DNA from: Nitrospirota bacterium
GTDB lineage: Bacteria > Nitrospirota > Nitrospiria > Nitrospirales > Nitrospiraceae
DNA length: 64,000 nucleotides
NCBI GenBank assembly: GCA_030645475.1
Contig: JAUSMA010000032.1
Coordinates: 5,515-69,514 of the forward strand
Reading direction: 5' to 3'
Shown: positions 56,401-64,000 of the stretch, piece after piece
How the letters are laid out: every line of letters begins with the position of its first letter
How positions within the stretch are numbered: the first letter of the stretch is position 1
The notes under the pieces: generated by a model
The model's database searches: none
Seen by the model: the letters and a program-made list of their open reading frames with translations, nothing else
What the model was told of the DNA's origin: nothing
Made by a program: the position numbers and the translations under genes

Positions 56401-56781
56401 ATCCAGGAGGTTCCAGTGCCCGCCACGATCGCGCCGGAGCGTCAAGGTCGGCTCTTCAATCAACAGCCGTTTTCCCACCACCTGCTTGCGCAGTAACGGA
56501 AGCAGCCGCAAGACTAAATCCAACCGCTTGGCCGACAAGACGATATCCTCGGAATTCCGATCATGAATCGCGACCTGCGTCAGTTCCAATCTGATGCGTG
56601 GAAACAGGACCAGCTTGATGCGATGGACGTCGATCTTGCGTCCGATGCTCTGCTCGAGCTGTTGAAGGAAAAAGTCTTTGACGTAATCGTCGCCCGTCAG
56701 ATAGGGCGAATAGGCGAGGAAGAGTCCCCCGGCAATCAGCACGATCACGATGAGTGCGGCAATAAACCGAATTCGAACCAC
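53419..56781 (-). CDS. AsmA-family / YhdP-like giant envelope protein
   Basis: 1120 aa with a GTG start. A single N-terminal TM anchor (FIAALIVIVLIAGGLFLAY) is followed by a long beta-rich region with AsmA-like N- and C-terminal segments. Confidence 0.7.
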   Translation of the reverse strand: MVRIRFIAALIVIVLIAGGLFLAYSPYLTGDDYVKDFFLQQLEQSIGRKIDVHRIKLVLFPRIRLELTQVAIHDRNSEDIVLSAKRLDLVLRLLPLLRKQVVGKRLLIEEPTLTLRRDRGGHWNLLDQVAQGGEADQDAVQTMSRIFRIREATLVNGKLIIIDDGRPDGTRTMALESVEASLVIRAERGQADLHVSAGHAGEKGLSAISLAGTISSAQRQLLAPGDPSASQVRLQFDGSVEAASLNLREVADFFGPRPVPEQVQGVVNVHSLVRAAPGVAGYDVLLSDLSANLEQLTLTGQASLSGLLTVQPTFALTFSASPIQLRQLLTQLPAQWVHPQLPAIMQDREIDGTVEIVSATVTGSSVSGPQLSLTGEFRVSQGQALIGDSRVPAKDLAAVVSVEPGRLKVSNLSGLYGAIHMSESKALISFLEAGPWLEMDIAGTMAAADLLQLLSKTVKSEQLSRVLAASRDVEGMASPTFRLVGPLNQAGGVTFAGGDIIVKHVGLTNPSLPERLTGLQGRFVLTDGGTQFDEVTGHVGDLAVRIHGGITGGSGSAFQDFLIRVNGDAGHMVKLLPSKAIPAGTIDGLVNGALVLTGPTLSPHVRGEVVLTESKVTLSDLVEKPIGAPATVEFEGTIPQASGVVLDRIELIVPPIRLPVKGKIQLGEHFSIDAALSTGTLSLSRVPEWIAKGGFEAGNIELSLDMKGKDLNWKTWRTTGWLALTNGLMSAKGAEGPIQDLYARVHFVKNGAEIKRLSFHLLDSDLALEGTIRNWASKPVITAKIESNQMDLDLLIPKGERSPIREFLEILAETSKVQVMASMARGHYKHLKFGSLSARITIQDGVLDVDRLSGRSTSGDVAGRIVVQLPRKEPADAEISVRATGLLVEDVLKFFGPKAGVMTGEARVTGTIRGHGKNPHGLYPTLNGKVDVLLENGRILKSQERAIWKIISILNLPAVLQGKVDLEKEGLSYNKITATILARNGLFETENLIIDSPIVKITAAGNFDLPTDQVDMVWAVSPFGSYSQFLKTIPLFGRLFAGERKGLATALFSVKGSIEDPEVTYLPMKSFASGVTGLAQLAFDVLKNTVMLPIDLMTPEEDNAAGKDTMPAPEPVPSAP

Positions 56782-56989
56782 TCCTGCTCCCTCGATCGAT
56801 TGTGCTCTGTGCGTGAACCGTCTCGCTGCCGTGAAGAGTTCATCTTACCGAATCACCTGCATGAAATCTACGAAGTCTGCGCCGTGACAGGGTTTTTCAC
56901 TCGCCATCGAGACCGGATGCTGGTGATCCTCCGCGAGACTCGGTATACTCGCTGGCACTCACCTTGGCACTCAAACACGATCATCTCTT

Positions 56990-58267
56990 GTGACAACGCC
57001 ACCATCCCAACCGACCAGAATCCGCTGGCTGATTCTCGCCCTCCTGTTCTCGATCAGCGTCGTGACCTATATCGATCGCGTCAATATTTCCGTCACCGCG
57101 CGGCAGATGATGCCGGCCTATGGAATCACCGATCAACAGATGGGCTGGATCTTCTCGGCCTTCGTCATCGGCTACGCCCTCTTCCAGATTCCCGGTGGAT
57201 GGCTGGCCGATCGCTGGGGTGCCAGAGTCGTGCTCACCATCGCACTTCTCTGGTGGTCGATCTGCACGGCGTTGACCGCCATGGTCGCTGCCTCCTCCCT
57301 CGCGAGCCTCGTCGGGATTGTCGGCGCGTTGATGCTCGTGCGGTTCTGCCTGGGAATGGGAGAAGCCGTCGCCTTGCCCGCTTTTAACCGCGCCGTCACC
57401 AATTGGTTCCCGGCTGAGGCGCGGGGCCTCGGCATCGGCATCGCCATCGGCGGCATCGGCTTGGGGTCCGCCATAACGCCACCCCTTGCCGCCTGGGTGA
57501 TGGTGAACTGGGGCTGGCCAACCGTGTTCTACATCGCAAGTCTGCTCGGCATCGGAATGGGGCTCCTCTGGTGGCTTCTGTCGCGCAACCATCCCCACGA
57601 ACATCCCTGGGTACATGCCGGTAAAGAGGCCCTGATCGAGCGAACGCCGGCCACCGCTGTGCCCTGGCGAACGTTCAGGCAGACTCCCACCATCTGGTGG
57701 CTCGTGATCAGCTACAGTTGCCTCGGCTATGTCGCCTACGTCTATCTGTCCTGGTTTTACCTGTATCTGGTGAGTGTTCGAGGATTCGATGTGCTCCGCG
57801 GCGGCTTCTATGCCTCGGCTCCGTTTGTGGCCATGCTGGTATTTTGCCCCCTAGGCGGATGGGTCACAGATCGACTCGCGGTCCGTTACGGACTCACCAC
57901 CGGACGGGTCGTCACCGGCATAACCGGCATGGTCCTGGCCGGGTCAGCCATTGCCCTGGGGGCTTTCGTCGAATCTCCCACCCTGGCGATCACCAGCCTG
58001 TCGTTCGGCGCGGGCTGGCTCTACTTTTCCGTCGGCGCCTACTGGGCCTCAACGACCGATCTGTCAAAAGCCCATGCCGGCACGTTGTCAGGACTCATGA
58101 ACACCGGCGCCAATATCGGCGGCGCAATCTCCCCAACCCTGACGCCCTGGTTGGCTCACCATTGGGGTTGGCCGGTCTCGTTAGGGTTTGCCGCAGCCGT
58201 CGCCATCCTGGGCGGGCTCTTATGGTTCAAGATTGACCCAGGTAAGGGGCTAGTGGCGAGGGGCTAG
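56990..58267 (+). CDS. MFS transporter (anion:cation symporter-like)
   Basis: GTG start. 12 TM helices. MFS motif A (GWLADRWGARVV). Confidence 0.8.
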   Translation: MTTPPSQPTRIRWLILALLFSISVVTYIDRVNISVTARQMMPAYGITDQQMGWIFSAFVIGYALFQIPGGWLADRWGARVVLTIALLWWSICTALTAMVAASSLASLVGIVGALMLVRFCLGMGEAVALPAFNRAVTNWFPAEARGLGIGIAIGGIGLGSAITPPLAAWVMVNWGWPTVFYIASLLGIGMGLLWWLLSRNHPHEHPWVHAGKEALIERTPATAVPWRTFRQTPTIWWLVISYSCLGYVAYVYLSWFYLYLVSVRGFDVLRGGFYASAPFVAMLVFCPLGGWVTDRLAVRYGLTTGRVVTGITGMVLAGSAIALGAFVESPTLAITSLSFGAGWLYFSVGAYWASTTDLSKAHAGTLSGLMNTGANIGGAISPTLTPWLAHHWGWPVSLGFAAAVAILGGLLWFKIDPGKGLVARG

Positions 58268-58337
58268 AGGTGGCAGGTAAGGACCGTCTTTCAAGCCGCT
58301 CGCCCATCGCCTCAGGCCACTTGCCCCACTGCCTCTC
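58244..58337. repeat. Inverted pair of G-rich heptamer arrays
   Basis: Left array, 58244-58278: aaggggc tagtggc gaggggc tagaggt ggcaggt. It overlaps the MFS stop at 58265-58267. Right array, 58296-58337: gccgctc gcccatc gcctcag gccactt gccccac tgcctct. Confidence 0.7.
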
Positions 58338-58358
58338 GCCTTGTTACATTCATCCCCT

Positions 58359-58880
58359 ATGACCATGCAATTTCAGAAAATCGATCCGCGCGTCACCATT
58401 ACGACGCCCTTCGGCGAGATCAAAGTTCGCTTCTACCCGGATGATGCGCCGCGTCACGTCGAGAACTTTATCAAACTCGTGAAAATGGGGTTCTACAATG
58501 GAACCACCTTCCATCGCGTGGTGCCTGGATTCATCATTCAGGGCGGCGATCCGCTGAGCAAGAATCCAGACCGTTCCCTGCACGGGTCGGGCAGTCCCGG
58601 GTACTGGCTCAACCCGGAAACCAGCGATCGGCCTCATAAACGGGGTGCCATCGCCATGGCCAAGGTGCCACGGGAGAGTAATAGCACCAGAGATTTTAAC
58701 GACAGTGGATCGCAGTTCTACATCAGTGTTGCAGACAACAGCGGACTAGACCGCACCTATACGGTCTTCGGCGAAGTCTTTCGGGGCATGGAGGTGGTAG
58801 ACAAGATCGTCGCCGCGGTCCGGGACGACTGCGACAATCCCCTCGAACCGATCCCCATGACCATGACCGTGAAGGAGTAA
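58359..58880 (+). CDS. Cyclophilin-type peptidyl-prolyl cis-trans isomerase
   Basis: ATG at 58359. FHRVVPGFIIQGGDP and GSQFYI signatures. Confidence 0.85.
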   Translation: MTMQFQKIDPRVTITTPFGEIKVRFYPDDAPRHVENFIKLVKMGFYNGTTFHRVVPGFIIQGGDPLSKNPDRSLHGSGSPGYWLNPETSDRPHKRGAIAMAKVPRESNSTRDFNDSGSQFYISVADNSGLDRTYTVFGEVFRGMEVVDKIVAAVRDDCDNPLEPIPMTMTVKE

Positions 58881-59051
58881 GGAGAGAACGAGCGAGTTTG
58901 TTGGAAGTGAATGGGACTCCGCGAGGTGAGGTGGACGGTGATCCGCTTGAAATGCGATAAGAATCTCTAGGTTCTTGCCCGCTCTTCACGTCTTTCTGTT
59001 CCGTCAATACACGACATAGTCCGTTCTGCATCTGCTGGTTCCCTGAACCGG

Positions 59052-59073
59052 AACATGTCTTCTCTGACATGTT
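59052..59073. promoter_or_regulatory. Perfect palindrome AACATGTC-N6-GACATGTT (candidate enhancer/UAS)
   Basis: 8-bp arms at 59052-59059 and 59066-59073. The centre lies about 110 bp upstream of the -24 element at 59171. Confidence 0.45.
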
Positions 59074-59170
59074 TGGTAGGGGAATTCATACAGGCTAACA
59101 AAACCGCCTCAGCTCATTCGAGCCATCTGGTGTTTCTCCGCAAAACATCAATGATATTGGCATCGACGAG

Positions 59171-59186
59171 TGGCACACCGATTGCG
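59171..59186 (+). promoter_or_regulatory. Candidate sigma-54 (-24/-12) promoter
   Basis: TGGCACaccgaTTGCG matches TGGCAC-N5-TTGC exactly. It lies 30 nt upstream of the ATG at 59216, with AGAGGA in between as the SD. Confidence 0.6.
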
Positions 59187-59215
59187 TAAGGGCCTGGACC
59201 ATCCAGAGGAGTTTC

Positions 59216-62200
59216 ATGACCGCTACACAAGTTCGCTTTGAAGTCAGTCTGACCCGAACCACGATCGTGGCGACAGCCATCGCCGTCACATTGTTTTTCT
59301 GGTCCATTGCCTCGGTGCTCAGCGAAGAACTCGAACAAGGGAATCTCTTCCATGTCGTCGAAGCCATGGTCTTCCTCTTGTTGGTGGGATTTCTGATCTC
59401 CGGGAACTTCGGCTATCAATTGGCCCGGCTGGCCTATCTAAAGCGCTGGCTCGGCCATGTCCCGGCCACCAGAGACGAATTGATGCAGTCGTTCGCCTCG
59501 CCAACACCGCTCCTGACGATTCTGGTGCCTTCGTACAAAGAAGAAACGAACGTCATCCGTCAAACGCTGCTATCGGCGGCCTTGCAGGAATATCCGCACA
59601 AGCGGGTCGTGCTGTTGTTGGACAATCCGCCGAATCCACGCACGGCAGAAGATCGCGAAGCCCTGCTGGCTGCCCGGTCCATGCCGGCTGAACTCCATGC
59701 CCTGCTCGACGACCAGGCTCGTTACTTTGAGAGCCTGCTGGTGCAATTCATGTTGCGCCAGCAGACAGGGGTACGCGAACGTGCACAAGAATATGTCGCG
59801 TTAGCCCAGGCCTATGAGCATGCAGCGCACTGGTTTCAAGAGCAGGCCGACCGGTTGCCCGACAGCACGCACTCCGATGCCTGGTTTGCAGAGCACATTC
59901 TCCGCGGGCCGGCACGTCGATATGAAGAGCGGGCTGCGCATTGGCATCGTCAGGCCCAGGCTATTTCCGAAGAGCAGACGCCACAGGAGCGCCTCCTGCT
60001 CGCCGAGTACCGTTCTCTGGCCGCCGTATTCCAGGCAGACATCGCGGTCTTCGAACGAAAACGCTACCAGAACCTCTCGCATGAACTGAACAAGGCGATG
60101 AATCTGAACAGTTATCTCGGCGTGATGGGCCGGCGTCTGCATGAAGTGCCGCACGCGACCGGACTTATGCTAGAGGAAACGACGGACCTCCAAGGGTCCT
60201 ATGAGATCCCGGACTCGCCCTATGTCATTACCTTAGATGCAGACAGTCTCATTCTGTCGGACTATGCCATCCGCCTCATTCAGATCATGGAGCAGCCAGG
60301 CAATGAACGACTCGCCGTGGCGCAGACTCCCTACAGCGCCATTCCGAACGCACCGGGCCTGCTCGAACGAACCGCCGGAGCGACCACCGACATTCAATAT
60401 CTCCTGCATCAAGGCTTCACCTACTTCGGCGCCACATTTTGGGTTGGCGCGAACGCACTCCTCCGGAAGGCCGCCTTGGAAGACATTTGCGTGGCAGAGA
60501 CGACCGCACATGGAGTGATTCGTCGCTATATCCAGGATCGCACGGTGATTGAAGACACGGAATCGACGGTCGATTTGATGGCGCGAGGATGGCGGCTCTT
60601 TAACTACCCGGAACGGCTGGCCTACAGCGCCACGCCCGGCGATTTCGGCTCCCTCATTATCCAGCGAGGCCGCTGGGCCAACGGAGGGCTCCTCATTCTG
60701 CCCAAGCTGCTCCGGTATCTCAGAAACGTGCCGAAAACCCCGACACTCGTCCCGCAGAGTTTCTACCAGCTACATTACCTCACCTCGATGGCGCTGTCTC
60801 CCATCTGCGTGCTGCTGTTGTTGGCGGTCCCCTTCTCCTCCAAGCTTATGACCGTCTGGCTGTCGATGACCGCCATCCCCTACTTCCTCCTCTATGCTCG
60901 CGATCTCTCGATCCTGCGCTATCGAGGCCTCATCGACTTCATACGAGTCTATGCCCTCAACCTCCTCTTGCTGCCCGTGCACCTTGGCGGTGCCATGAAA
61001 TCGGTCCAGCAACTCGTCACTGGCGAAAAAATTCCCTTCCGCCGCACACCAAAAGTACTTGGGCGAACTGGTGCACCGGCGCTCTACGTGGCCCTTGAAT
61101 ACGGGCTCCTGCTGCTCTGCTGTGTCACGGGACTCTTCTATGCCTCGCAAGGCCGATGGATCTCCGCAGCCTTTGCCCTGGTGAATGGCGCGCTCTATGG
61201 CTATGCCATTTCATCATTCATCGGGTTCGCTGAGAGCCTGGAAGATCTGCAGCCTGTCTGGAAGAGCCTGCGGCCTCAACACCTGGTCCCAGCCCTGGAC
61301 GCCATCGGACAACGGATTGTTGGCAGCACCTCCTATATCTGGCGAATCCCGGCCATGCTCCGAAATCTCCGTGAGCAAAGCTCCCTCTACTTCGCCATTT
61401 CGAGCTGCTGCGCACTGCTGGAAGTCTTCGCCCCAGCGGCTCTGTTAGGCGCAGTCGACGGGGCCCCATCCCCTATTCAACTAGAGAACCGGAAGCCTGG
61501 CACGACCGACTGGGTGCTGACGCGCCCGGCCCTGCACCGTGAAATTGAAGGGTATGCCTCGCTGACCAGCGTGAATCGCGGAGAGAAACTGAACCTCTTC
61601 GTGAATACGGCCGCAAACTTCTATACTGTGAAAATTTACCGGATGGGCTGGTACCAAGGAACCGGTGCGCGTGAGATCGCCGGGCCCATTCGCCGTAAGG
61701 GGCAGGTGCAATCACAACCCACGACAGATCCGCGCACCGGTCTGATCGAGTGCCGCTGGGACAATCCCGTCACACTGGCCGTCCCGCTCAATCCATCGGA
61801 TGCCACAGACTGGGCCAGCGGGGTCTACCTGGCCAAACTGACGGCTGAACCGACGGGCGATCAAAGTTATATCGTATTCGTCGTCCGCGACGATGCGCGC
61901 CCCTCGACCTATCTCATCCAATCGAGCGTCACGACCTTTCAGGCCTACAATAATTGGGGCGGCAAATCGCTCTATGCCTTTAACAGTGCGGGGGGACAAG
62001 CCGCGAAGGTCTCCTTCAACCGTCCCTATGCCATCAGCCCTCTCCCGATTGCATCAGGTGGCGTTGGTGCAGGAGACTTCCTCACATCCAACTCATTCCC
62101 CATCGGCTACCAGTCCTCGGCTGCAGGCTGGGAATATAATATGGTGCGCTGGCTGGAGCGGGAAGGCTATGACGTGACCTATGCCACGAATGTCGATGTC

Positions 62201-62953
62201 CATGCCAACCAAGCTCTCCTGGCATCTCATCAGGCGTTCCTCTCTGTCGGACATGATGAATATTGGAGCTGGGAGATGCGCCACCACGTCGAGCAGGCTC
62301 GCGACCGGGGCACCCATGTGGGATTCTTCTCCGCCAATACCTGCTACTGGCAAATTCGCCTGGAGCCGAGCCGGCTCACTGGTGAATCGAACAGGACGAT
62401 CGTCGCGCATAAAGAAAATGCCCCCTGGCATGATCCCTTGCAGCTCGATCAAGACCCCACGAACGACTACCTCATCACGACGAAATGGCGCAATCCTCCC
62501 GTGAATCGTCCGGAAGCTGCCTTGATCGGAAGCATGTTCATTGAAACCGACGCTCCAGTAGATGGAGACTTCGTGATTGAGGATGCCTCCCATTGGATCC
62601 TCAATGGAACGGGATTACAGCAAGGCGACCGCTTGCCGGGACTCTTGGGCTACGAAGTCGACGGAGGGCGCGATTCGACTCCACCAAGCACCCAGGTGAT
62701 CGCCCGTGCGCGAGTGGCCTCACCAGAAGGCACGGTCACGGTCTACAACGCGGCGAATGGCGCGATCATCTTTTCGACCGGTTCCATACAGTGGAGTTGG
62801 GGCCTGGACGATTACGCTGTTCCGGCCCTCCGCACATCGCGGCTCAGTCCGGCTGCCCAACAGATAACCCGCAATGTTCTGGCTCGTTTCAGTGGAAAGG
62901 ATGTTGCGGCAGACTCCGTCAACCAGACTAGCCAGCCGGCACCACTACGGTAG
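59216..62953 (+). CDS. Processive GT2 beta-glycan synthase (membrane-embedded) fused to a C-terminal N,N-dimethylformamidase-beta-subunit-like domain
   Basis: 1245 aa. N-terminal TM helices. GT2 motifs: LLLDNPPNP, NKAMNLN, TLDADS, EDTEST, QRGRW (nt 60662-60676). More TM helices span roughly residues 520-740. From ENRKPGTTDW (about nt 61478) there is a ~490-aa domain with TTFQAYNNWGGKSLY. Confidence 0.7.
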   Translation: MTATQVRFEVSLTRTTIVATAIAVTLFFWSIASVLSEELEQGNLFHVVEAMVFLLLVGFLISGNFGYQLARLAYLKRWLGHVPATRDELMQSFASPTPLLTILVPSYKEETNVIRQTLLSAALQEYPHKRVVLLLDNPPNPRTAEDREALLAARSMPAELHALLDDQARYFESLLVQFMLRQQTGVRERAQEYVALAQAYEHAAHWFQEQADRLPDSTHSDAWFAEHILRGPARRYEERAAHWHRQAQAISEEQTPQERLLLAEYRSLAAVFQADIAVFERKRYQNLSHELNKAMNLNSYLGVMGRRLHEVPHATGLMLEETTDLQGSYEIPDSPYVITLDADSLILSDYAIRLIQIMEQPGNERLAVAQTPYSAIPNAPGLLERTAGATTDIQYLLHQGFTYFGATFWVGANALLRKAALEDICVAETTAHGVIRRYIQDRTVIEDTESTVDLMARGWRLFNYPERLAYSATPGDFGSLIIQRGRWANGGLLILPKLLRYLRNVPKTPTLVPQSFYQLHYLTSMALSPICVLLLLAVPFSSKLMTVWLSMTAIPYFLLYARDLSILRYRGLIDFIRVYALNLLLLPVHLGGAMKSVQQLVTGEKIPFRRTPKVLGRTGAPALYVALEYGLLLLCCVTGLFYASQGRWISAAFALVNGALYGYAISSFIGFAESLEDLQPVWKSLRPQHLVPALDAIGQRIVGSTSYIWRIPAMLRNLREQSSLYFAISSCCALLEVFAPAALLGAVDGAPSPIQLENRKPGTTDWVLTRPALHREIEGYASLTSVNRGEKLNLFVNTAANFYTVKIYRMGWYQGTGAREIAGPIRRKGQVQSQPTTDPRTGLIECRWDNPVTLAVPLNPSDATDWASGVYLAKLTAEPTGDQSYIVFVVRDDARPSTYLIQSSVTTFQAYNNWGGKSLYAFNSAGGQAAKVSFNRPYAISPLPIASGGVGAGDFLTSNSFPIGYQSSAAGWEYNMVRWLEREGYDVTYATNVDVHANQALLASHQAFLSVGHDEYWSWEMRHHVEQARDRGTHVGFFSANTCYWQIRLEPSRLTGESNRTIVAHKENAPWHDPLQLDQDPTNDYLITTKWRNPPVNRPEAALIGSMFIETDAPVDGDFVIEDASHWILNGTGLQQGDRLPGLLGYEVDGGRDSTPPSTQVIARARVASPEGTVTVYNAANGAIIFSTGSIQWSWGLDDYAVPALRTSRLSPAAQQITRNVLARFSGKDVAADSVNQTSQPAPLR

Positions 62954-63009
62954 AATCGACTGCCTTGCACCCTCCAATCGATACCGCAGCGTCACCTCAG
63001 GCAACAACC

Positions 63010-64000
63010 GTGGCTCAGCGATCCGGCTCATTTGACGTAATACGAGTCTGTGCCTGCCTCGCTGTTGTCCTGCTACACCTCTGCGCCACCATCGTGATGC
63101 AACCGGATCAGCTGGGCACAGTCAGCTGGCATCTGGCCAACCTCTTCGATTCTGCCACGCGGTGGTCAGTGCCGGTCTTTGTGATGTTGAGCGGCGCCTT
63201 ATTACTCGATGCGAACAAACAGACCAGTCCCCGTGATTTCTGGGCCAAACGCATGAACCGGCTGTTGCCGGCACTGCTGTTCTGGTCAGCCATCTATCTG
63301 GCCTGGCGTACGTTTTTCTGGCACCAGCCGCTCACCCTCAATACGATTGCCCTAGACCTGATTGCAGGACGGCCCTACATTCATCTCTACTTTCTCTTCC
63401 TGATCGCGGGGCTCTATCTCGTGACACCTTTTCTGGCAATGGCAGCAACCAGTCTCAGTTCGAAACACCTCGGTCAGGCGATCCTGGTCATGGCGGCCCT
63501 GGCGTTGGGAGCCAACTTGGCCGATTTTCTCGCCACCAGCATTTTCACGATGTTCGTCCCCTACATCGCCTATTACTTCGCGGGACTCTATTGTGTCCTG
63601 GTGCTCGTAAACCGCCCAGGCCCCTATGGCCTCCTCTTGGCCGGTGCCATTGCTACGACCACCCTGCTCACAGCCTTTTTAGTATCAGTGAAAGGTCTTG
63701 ATGACCACTGGTCCTTCTACTTCTATGAAGACTTTAGCCCCACCATCATGATGATGGCGGTCACAGTCTTCATGGTCCTCCTCCGTGCGACATTCTCCCC
63801 TGCTATTCAGTCGATAGCGCAGCGCCTGGCGCCCTGGACGTTGGGAGTCTACGTGGCCCATCCGATCATCGTGGAGCTATTACGAAACCTCTACCACACC
63901 ACAATGCCAGCCATGTTCCGCCCCCTCTACTACATCCCCATCACCTTCGCCGCCACCATTGTCATCACCTTTACGGCTGTCGCGCTGATGCAGAGAATCC
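63010..64000 (+). CDS. Acyltransferase family 3 (O-acyltransferase), 3'-truncated by the window end
   Basis: This open frame is not in the ORF track because no stop lies within the window. It reads FDVIRVCACLAVVLLH...RWSVPVFVMLSGALL with about 9 TM segments. The start is tentative (GTG at 63010 or TTG at 62965). Confidence 0.65.
   Translation, partial: MAQRSGSFDVIRVCACLAVVLLHLCATIVMQPDQLGTVSWHLANLFDSATRWSVPVFVMLSGALLLDANKQTSPRDFWAKRMNRLLPALLFWSAIYLAWRTFFWHQPLTLNTIALDLIAGRPYIHLYFLFLIAGLYLVTPFLAMAATSLSSKHLGQAILVMAALALGANLADFLATSIFTMFVPYIAYYFAGLYCVLVLVNRPGPYGLLLAGAIATTTLLTAFLVSVKGLDDHWSFYFYEDFSPTIMMMAVTVFMVLLRATFSPAIQSIAQRLAPWTLGVYVAHPIIVELLRNLYHTTMPAMFRPLYYIPITFAATIVITFTAVALMQRI

Noticed and set aside
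56563-57387. 274-aa plus-strand ORF bridging the AsmA 5' end, the intergenic region and the MFS gene
   Set aside because: It runs antisense to the AsmA start and out of frame across the MFS gene. Its composition is Arg/His-rich. It is not a plausible protein.
1-64000. Search by eye for tRNA/rRNA genes, CRISPR arrays, IS elements, integrases, phage genes and classical defence genes
   Set aside because: I found no T-loop/acceptor-type tRNA signatures in the intergenic spacers, and no regularly spaced repeats of 25-40 nt. I also found no transposase, integrase or restriction-modification-type ORFs. The only repeat class present is the heptamer arrays reported above.

Overview
By eye this is a high-GC chromosomal segment from a diderm (Gram-negative) bacterium. 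I call about 57 protein genes. I found no rRNA, tRNA, CRISPR array, transposase or integrase. The gene content (sigma-54 regulators, many TPR and lipoprotein genes, RtcB plus archease, oxyanion uptake genes) and the intergenic heptamer arrays suggest a Nitrospira-like organism, but that is only an inference.

Gene blocks, in order:
1. 49-4988: RNA methyltransferases, an XRE regulator and a TPP decarboxylase.
2. 5100-9362: a glucosylglycerate-type compatible-solute cluster behind a sigma-54-type promoter.
3. 9944-24902: a large divergent oxyanion (molybdate/tungstate-type) uptake region. It holds modABC, three ModA paralogues, two paralogous porins, two paralogous lipoproteins of unknown function, an HTH-plus-PBP regulator and a NitT/TauT-type ABC transporter.
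4. 24974-27931: a histidine kinase and an NtrC-type sigma-54 activator.
5. 28213-32148: a PNPOx-like protein, a GPR1/FUN34/YaaH-family channel and tex.
6. 32537-36109: an uncharacterised trio of a B12-type radical SAM with a C-terminal CCAEP tail, a DUF169 protein and an ATP-grasp ligase.
7. 36148-44655: an acyltransferase, a J-domain fused to a degenerate ERCC4-like domain, trmL, TPR and OmpA proteins, and an aldose epimerase.
8. 44656-47167: a visibly lower-GC islet with a CotH lipoprotein and a degenerate PilZ.
9. 47168-48865: a TPR-2OG-oxygenase fusion.
10. 48925-52159: an operon of an SdhB-like Fe-S protein, archease, RtcB and a PilZ protein.
11. 52232-58880: an M24 peptidase, an AsmA-like giant protein, an MFS transporter and a cyclophilin.
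12. 59052-64000: a sigma-54 promoter with an upstream palindrome, driving a 1245-aa processive GT2 synthase fused to a DMFase-beta-like domain, followed by a partial O-acyltransferase.

The main non-genic signal is a family of tandem degenerate heptanucleotide arrays, often in inverted pairs, in at least six intergenic spacers.

All functional calls come from motif recognition by eye. No database search was run.
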